This document shows positions 56,800 through 64,000 of a stretch of DNA of 64,000 nucleotides, piece by piece. The notes below the pieces were generated by a model that worked only from the letters and a program-made list of their open reading frames with translations, ran no database searches and was not told the origin of the DNA. The stretch is from assembly GCA_951406725.2 (NCBI GenBank), contig OX597816.1:154876001-154940000 (forward strand). The letters run 5' to 3'. Source of the DNA: Octopus vulgaris (Eukaryota). How positions within the stretch are numbered: position 1 is the first letter of the stretch; each line of letters opens with the position of its first letter. The translations under genes were made by a program, and so were the position numbers.

Positions 56800-57641
56800 T
56801 AACGAAGCTAAAGCTTCAAGAATAAAGCTGCTAGGCACAGATTGACTGTAAATTCTACTGTGCATGCACACTAAGTTTTAACGTTCTAGTACACATTCGC
56901 TGTTTACAGTAATACTTGGAAGGAAGGCGTGTAGCATGTGATCGTTGCATTGACCATGACAGAGAAAATTATCAGTGGCCTGCAAAAAGTTGCAGAAAGT
57001 GTATGGAAAGGAGTGTATAAGGCACACACAAGTGTACGAGTGGTTCATACGTTTCCAATATGTCCGAAAAAATGTCGATATTGACGAACGTTCTGGGGGA
57101 TCTGCAACCAGTAGAACTGAGAAAAACATCGCAGATGTGCGTGCAGCTGTGAGAGGAAATCGTCGAATCACCATTTGTGAGTCATCAGAGGATATGCAGG
57201 TTAGTTACGGTTAAGATCAGTCCATTTTCACTGAAGATTTGAGTATGAGACGCATGTCTGTCAAGTATGTGCAAAAAACTGCTTTCAGCTGACCAGAAAG
57301 ACACTCGGGTTTCAGTTGCACAAGATATCCTTGATTGTGTCGAGAACGATGAAAACTTTTTGAAAACTTTACGTAGGTCTCTGAGCAGATATCGCCCAGC
57401 TTTTGGCAAAATTTGATGCAGATTCTCTGCTTAACTTTCTCTGTCAGCGTCAATAAGACGATCACACGCTACGCACCTTCTTTCCAAACCCTGCTGTAAA
57501 TAGTGGAAGTGAGCTAGAACATTTATACTTAGTGCGCATGCACAGCAGAGTTCAAGGTCAATCTGAGCCAAGCGGCTTCACTCTCCATGCTTTAGCTTCG
57601 TTCCTATAGCAACAGTCCGGATACTTATTGATTAGACCACG
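56800..57641. mobile_element. Mariner derivative with two inward-facing 5' ends
   Basis: + strand KVYGKECIRHTQVYEWF..DERSG..NRRITI; - strand TEKVKQRICIKFCQKLG; 56805-56965 is inverted at ~57440-57600; right TIR plus TA at 57612-57643. Confidence 0.85.
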
Positions 57642-58567
57642 TAATACTAATAAAATTTCCCAGATTCCTGTTTTATTATAACAATTTTGTTACCTAGACA
57701 CGTTTTTAAAGTTTTGAAGAGGGAAAGTCAATTATACTGAATCTTGCAATTGTTTAGTACCTTATTTTATTGCCTTGGGTTGTTAAAAAGAACGTAAGCC
57801 TCATCCGTGTTGGAATTCAAATGAAATAAAATGTAACCTAGCGCAAAATAATTTACCCAATAATCTACCGTATCTGTAAGTGTACCACTTTACCCCCTAG
57901 TAATGATTTCAGCTATGGCATGAGATTTTAACTTTGGGGATGGGTTAGTCAATTATAGTGATCCCCGTAACTGATTGCATGAAAAGAAATGTTGATCTCG
58001 TATCGTAGAGAGACGGAACAAATAATGTAAAACGTTTTGCACGACGCTCTAACGATTCAACCAATCACCGCCCTTTTAGAAATCATTGAAAAAGATACAA
58101 AACAAACATTTCGAGTTTTCACTACTTTATCGCTTAAAGCAATTATGTCAAGTAAAAATGATGGGGAAAAAGCTTGCAATTTGTTTTCGTTTCAACGTGG
58201 AATTTATTAAAACATGAATAACAGAAATTACCAGAACTAAAATATGAAGCATTACAAAAAAAAAAAAAAAAAAAAAAATTAGAAATAGAATAATCCTATT
58301 TTTTTTTAGGAATATGAGAAATTATGAAATGATAGAATATTAATTTATTTTTATATAGTTTTTGCTCGTTAATGTTTGTATAATGACAATGAATTAGAAG
58401 AAAGTGAGAGGAGAGATTGAGATAGATAGAGGGAGAGAGAGAGCACATGAGTTTCTGAATAGGAATAAGATTTGGAAAACAAATACTTTCAGACAAAGAT
58501 GCCAATTGTTAGTTGTCATAATGCTAAACATCATTTACTGCAACTGTATGAATAGTCTTAATGTATC

Positions 58568-58704
58568 GGCGCAGCGTGTCCGTGTGGTAAGAAGCTTGCT
58601 TCCCAGCCACATGGTTCCGGGTTCAGTCCCACTGCGTGGCTCCTTAGGGCCGACCAAAGCCATTTGAATGGATTTGGTAGACGGAAACTGAAAGAAGCCT
58701 GTCG

Positions 58705-58789
<85 letters not shown>

Positions 58790-58985
58790 GTGTTTGTCCC
58801 CTCACCATCGCTTGGCAGCCGATGTCGGTGTGCTTACGTCCCCGTAACTTAGCAGTGCGGCAAAAGAGAGTCCGATAGAGTAGGTACTAAACTTACAAAA
58901 AATAAGTCCTGGGGTCGATTTGTTCGGCTAAAATGCAGTGCTCCAGCTTTGTCGCAGTCAAATGACAGAAACAAGTAAAAAAGAA
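58568..58985 (+). mobile_element. Second tRNA-derived SINE family with internal (TA)n(TG)n
   Basis: GTGTGGTAAGAAGCTTGCTTCCCA..GGTTCAGTCCCACTGC..GGAAACTGAAAGAAGCC; homologous to 61441-61885. Confidence 0.85.
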
Positions 58986-59179
58986 TATGCAGTGAAATCT
59001 TGAATAATGCTTGTTGGACTGAGTTGTTGTCAAGTATATTTTGTGACCATAGGCACGACCAGGATATTGAATCGTTGAGACGTTCGCCTAGTCATTCAGT
59101 ACCTGATCGGCTATTTCAGCTGTAGCCTAATTACTGAATGGAAATAGCATCAAGAATTATTATCCAGCGTTATCTCATT

Positions 59180-59470
59180 GCTTTGACTCACAGAACCCGG
59201 TTGCCATATTATAATTAGACTTAGTTTCGCTTGCTTTTTGAAGCAAAATATAATCATAGTTTGCATAGCTATATTACTATTCATGCAGTACGTCTGAAAT
59301 TTCCAAGAAAGCTATCAAGAGGTTAGTAACCTTTGGGTCATACCATATCTTCAGATATTGTCCCAACAGAGTTGAAGGAAACTTATTGAATCTCACAATA
59401 TGAATACATTTGGTGTTATATGTCGTGAAAATATTTTCAATTCTTTCTAAACGTATAGTAAACAACAGGG
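59180..59470 (-). mobile_element. Possible hAT transposase C-terminal relic
   Basis: PKVTNLLIAFLEISDVLHE weakly resembles the hAT dimerisation region. Confidence 0.3.
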
Positions 59471-59964
59471 TAGAATTACAGTTACTATAATGAAGTTAAC
59501 GACGAAAGAAAGAGCGAGATTTTTGAAAATGAGAGAACGTTGATTACATCGAGAAGGAAAGTAACTTTTAGGAATCAGAATAACAACATGATGTTGTTGT
59601 GAAAGATGACTGGAACCGTCGAACGAGCCTAATAGATGGTCAATAACTTACGAATATCAAGCGTCTACCATAGTCTTCTCAGAATGATTGATGCCAAATC
59701 AAAATAATCATATAACATTCACAACTGTACCGAAATATTTATTACGACATTATAGATAGTATTCAGTTTGGCACAGACTAAAAGCAGTGAAGCTGTACAA
59801 TGTCTGAGAAAATCAATGCAAAGATGATTTCAAATTTAATGTCTGCTTCCGTGACAAGAAGGTGACCATGAGAATGTTTGTATCTTGTGTGCATCTCAGT
59901 TGCAGTACACAGATACATACAGACACATAACTCCCAGTCATATATATATCTATCTATCTATCTA

Positions 59965-60057
<93 letters not shown>

Positions 60058-61440
60058 ATACACATATATATATACATACACACACACTCACAAGCTTACA
60101 CACACATGCACATATATACACGAGTAAACATATAAATGCAGAAAAGTAGAGCAATATGCTTTTATTAAACCATTTTATTAAAGGATATTATATTACTTTA
60201 ATGAAAGTATATATATGTATTCATCCATCCATCCGCCCACCCGCCCGTCCACCCGTCCGCCCGTCCGCCCGTCCGTCCGTCCGTCCGTCCGTCCATTCAT
60301 TCATGCGTACATACACGCATGCATGCATGCATATATCTTTTTGTACTGTTGGTAACGCTGGAGCGGCATCTCCTAAAGTGGCATCCGTGTCAGCATAAAT
60401 ATCCTTGAGGGCTAAGCACTTTTCCTGCGGGTACTTGATAGCAGCCCGATTCCAAATCTTGTTCATTTCCAAGAAAAGTCGCTACTTGTTGCATTTGAAG
60501 TGTTCTTTGAACAGTCAGATGTTAGTTTACCCGGAAAGAAACAGTACAGTTTACCCGGAAAGAAACAAGAAGCATTGAAATTAAAGCTTCAAGATTCCAC
60601 AGCTCAAGCATCACTCCTTCATAGTCAACTCATGAACTTTTCAGGCTCCACATCGAAGGTGTGCGGTCTACATATCTGATAGAAGGTAGTGAGGCCATGG
60701 CTGCGAAATATTTAATAATAGACTAACTCGATTGTGGATGATGGAAACGTAAAAAAACAGCAATAACATTATTATCAATTTACTAATTTATTATCAAAAT
60801 TATATTTCACTGTGCCTAATTCACCAGCACTAATATAGCACAAATCATCACCAAATATAAATGAGGTTATTTTCATTTCATATCATGGCTAAAAGGGAAA
60901 TGAGTATTGTAAAGTTAATGTATGAAATGTATGAAAAGTAGGTTTTTCAAAATCCAGAATTAACACGGTGTCAGATAAACTGCTGATAGTCAAAATAAAG
61001 GGCTGCACTTTATTCACCAAACACCGTGAATAAAATTGAAGAGTCATAAATGACTCGAGACGAATACGTTTCTCTACTACATACATATTTTGAAGAAATG
61101 CTCATTTTGCCTACGTCCAAAAGAAACATAAGGTTATTAACAATGTATATATAATATCTACTAAGAAAATAAACCCAGCCTAAAAGGAACTAGTTAATTT
61201 AAAAAGACATTTTCAGGTATCAAAATATATATGCTATACTTAAAGGAAATAACGCATAAAGAAAAAAAAAACAAGGGATTAAAGTGAAGCAAAACACAAA
61301 TAAATGGAAAAGCAACAAAATATTATAATTACATCTATCCATATTGCAAAGCTAGATCTTGTACCTACACATACAAGCAAAATAATAAAACGGACGAAAA
61401 CTAAAGCTAGCATGTATAAACCAAAGCAATACGAACGAAA

Positions 61441-61609
61441 CAGGCTGTGTGGTAAGAAGTTTGCTTCCCAAGCCCATAGTATTGTTTTCAGTCCCACTGC
61501 TTGGCACATTGGATAAGTGTTTTTTACTATAGCCTCGACCGACCAAGGTCCTGTGAGTGAATTTGGTTGAGAGAAACTGAAAGAAGCCCGTCGTATACAC
61601 ACACACACG

Positions 61610-61668
<59 letters not shown>

Positions 61669-61885
61669 CTGTGTGTCTTTGTGTTTGTGTTTGTCCCCAC
61701 TACCATCACTTGACAACCGGTGTTGGTGTGTTTACGTCCTCGTAATTTTGCGATTCTGCAAAACGATACCGATGCCATAAGTAGTTGGCTTTAAAATAAG
61801 TCCTGGGAGCAATTCAGTAAAAAACCTTCAATTCAGTAAAAAAACCCAGCATAGTTGCAGTCAAATGACAAACAAGTAAAAGATA
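61441..61885 (+). mobile_element. Second SINE family copy with internal (CA)n
   Basis: Homologous to 58568-58985 along head, body and GCAGTCAAATGACA tail. Confidence 0.85.
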
Positions 61886-62397
61886 AAGATAAGAAATATT
61901 AAAGAAAAAAATGTGTAGCAACCATAGTAATTACGTAGCAACCATGGTAATTACAAAGTAAAGTTGTTACTCCCTCGAAACTAATCATATAGAACCTAAG
62001 TTAACAAAATAATACAATTATACTGAGACAGATAGTGAAATAACAAAACGAAGACCTTAAATTAACAAGGAAGGGTGTAATAAAGAAAAAAGAAAATAGA
62101 TATAAATACTACAGAAATACAAAAAGAAACTTGGGAAATAAAAAATGCCGGAAACAAAAGATCCTTGCTGATTGCAAAGAATCAATTGCATGAAACTGAT
62201 AACGACTCTCTGAGTAAAATAATTAGTTCAACTCCAATCCCACATGATATTACCAAGAACTAGATTGACTGAAAACAGCAATCAATGTAGTACTAACACG
62301 AAGAGATGTAGAATAACATGAATGCACAGAAAGGTCTTCAAAATAGATCGCTACAGGCAAAAATGCAGAAACTAAATAATTGTGAGATGTAATAACA

Positions 62398-62457
<60 letters not shown>

Positions 62458-62486
62458 GCACGCACGTACGCACGCACGCACACACA

Positions 62487-62517
<31 letters not shown>

Positions 62518-63084
62518 GCGCTCACACATGATAATCAATCGGGAACTACACGAAAGCGATAAAATTCCAAAGTTCTGACTGAACTGGCAAAAATATTTAA
62601 TGGATGAGACAAATACAAGGGCGTAAAAATCACTCAAACCTTAACCAAATCAGTTATGAAAAACGCAGTTAAAACAATGATTAGAGACAAATAGCACATT
62701 GATGTAGTATTCAAATATAATTACCCGAAATCAGAGAACACTCGAAGCATGAAATTACAAATTTGTTAGTGTTAAACGTATTCCGTATTTGTTAAACAAA
62801 GAAAGCAGTCAAATCTCTTAATCAATTTTATTATTAACCAAAATAGAAATCAAGAGAACACGAACTTCAAGAGAAGTAACCGAATTGTGAAGAGTATGGA
62901 CTAAAAAGCCGTTTGTATTCGCGAAATGGGATACCATTGAAGTGTCTCTGGAGTAACGTTATTCGAGAAGATGCGCAATTTGGGAATCAGGGAGCCTCAC
63001 CAGGTCGAACAGCTGAATTATTACTTCTCTGTATTAAGATGTCATAGCTCCTGTACTACGGAAATGTGATTAAAACGTCTCAAG

Positions 63085-64000
63085 AAAGAATTGCTTTCTT
63101 TGTTAGTGGTATCAAGCGCAGTACAAAGATCAGTGAGGACAGACAGTCCCCTTGGAAGATGCCCCTCCTGATTTCTACTGTTCCTAAATTTCTTCCGTAT
63201 GCTGTCAGGTCCGTCCTCCAATTCACCATATTTTTTCCAAGCATTCGATGCAATACCAAATAGATTCATACATTCCATTATCCAAGAGTGTGGGATCATA
63301 CCGTACGCCTTACGATATCCGATTAATGACATGGATAAGTTACTTTTCCTCCTCTTGCAGTCTCTAAGTACAGTTTTGTTTATCAGGAATTGATCCTTGG
63401 TACCTCCGCAATCTTTCTGTTTATGTGGCAAGACTTTCTGTTCATGTGGCAGGACTCCATTTTTTCCAGATGTTTGTACATTGACTCTGCGAGTATTCCA
63501 GTCAAAAATTTCCACATCGGCCTGTCATTGTCTACCGAATTGCCTTTCTCGATGTTTTTAAGCACCCTGGTGTTACTTGGTCGGCATTTAACAATGTGTT
63601 GAGTTGCGCAGCTATTCGTGCATGGCATTCACCAAATCTTTTGATCCAGTACCCTTGAACTCCCTCTGGTCCCGATTTCCTTGCTGATTTTCTTTTCTTC
63701 CCTAACTGCAATGACTAGTTTTGCCTGTTTTAGACAGAGTACTGTTTGTTTCAGTTCTTGCAACCATTCAGTATCCTTCTTGTGCTCCTTGTCTTTGATC
63801 CAGATGTCACTCCAAAACCTTTGACTTTCATTGTTATCTGGTATCAACTTTTCATCTGTACACTCTCCATTTATTTCTTTATAGAATATCTTCTGATCTA
63901 GTGTGAATAACCTATTCTGGTGGTAACCCTTCATTCTTTGGTCGTATCATATCATCTTTGCTTTCTTTGCAACGAGGTGCCGTTTAAGTTCTTCCATTAC
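63085..64000 (-). mobile_element. R4/Dong LINE RT N-terminal half (disrupted; runs off the window)
   Basis: [65 protein letters not shown]. Confidence 0.9.

Overview
This is an AT-rich eukaryotic window. Its microsatellite load and SINE types suggest a coleoid cephalopod, probably Octopus (inference). I found no supportable host gene, rRNA, true tRNA or CRISPR array, and nearly all long ORFs in the track are translated microsatellites. The window is mostly decayed transposable elements: CR1-type LINEs, RTE LINEs, a Tx1/L1-type LINE, many R4/Dong fragments in (TAA)n arrays, Penelope-like elements (PLEs), a deleted Gypsy LTR element, mariner/Tc1 relics, non-autonomous Helitrons and several SINE families. 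Three signals stand out. (1) Several type-I hammerhead ribozyme motifs lie in PLE-type ends, three of them with intact cores. (2) A tRNA-headed SINE has a hammerhead-bearing tail shared with an adjacent PLE and is inserted as a head-to-head palindrome; a second palindrome is centred on a hammerhead stem III. (3) One 3' tail is shared by a Tx1-type LINE, the dominant SINE and an ORF1-only (HAL1-like) element. Coordinates of decayed elements are approximate, and family assignments come from protein motifs read by eye, not from database searches.
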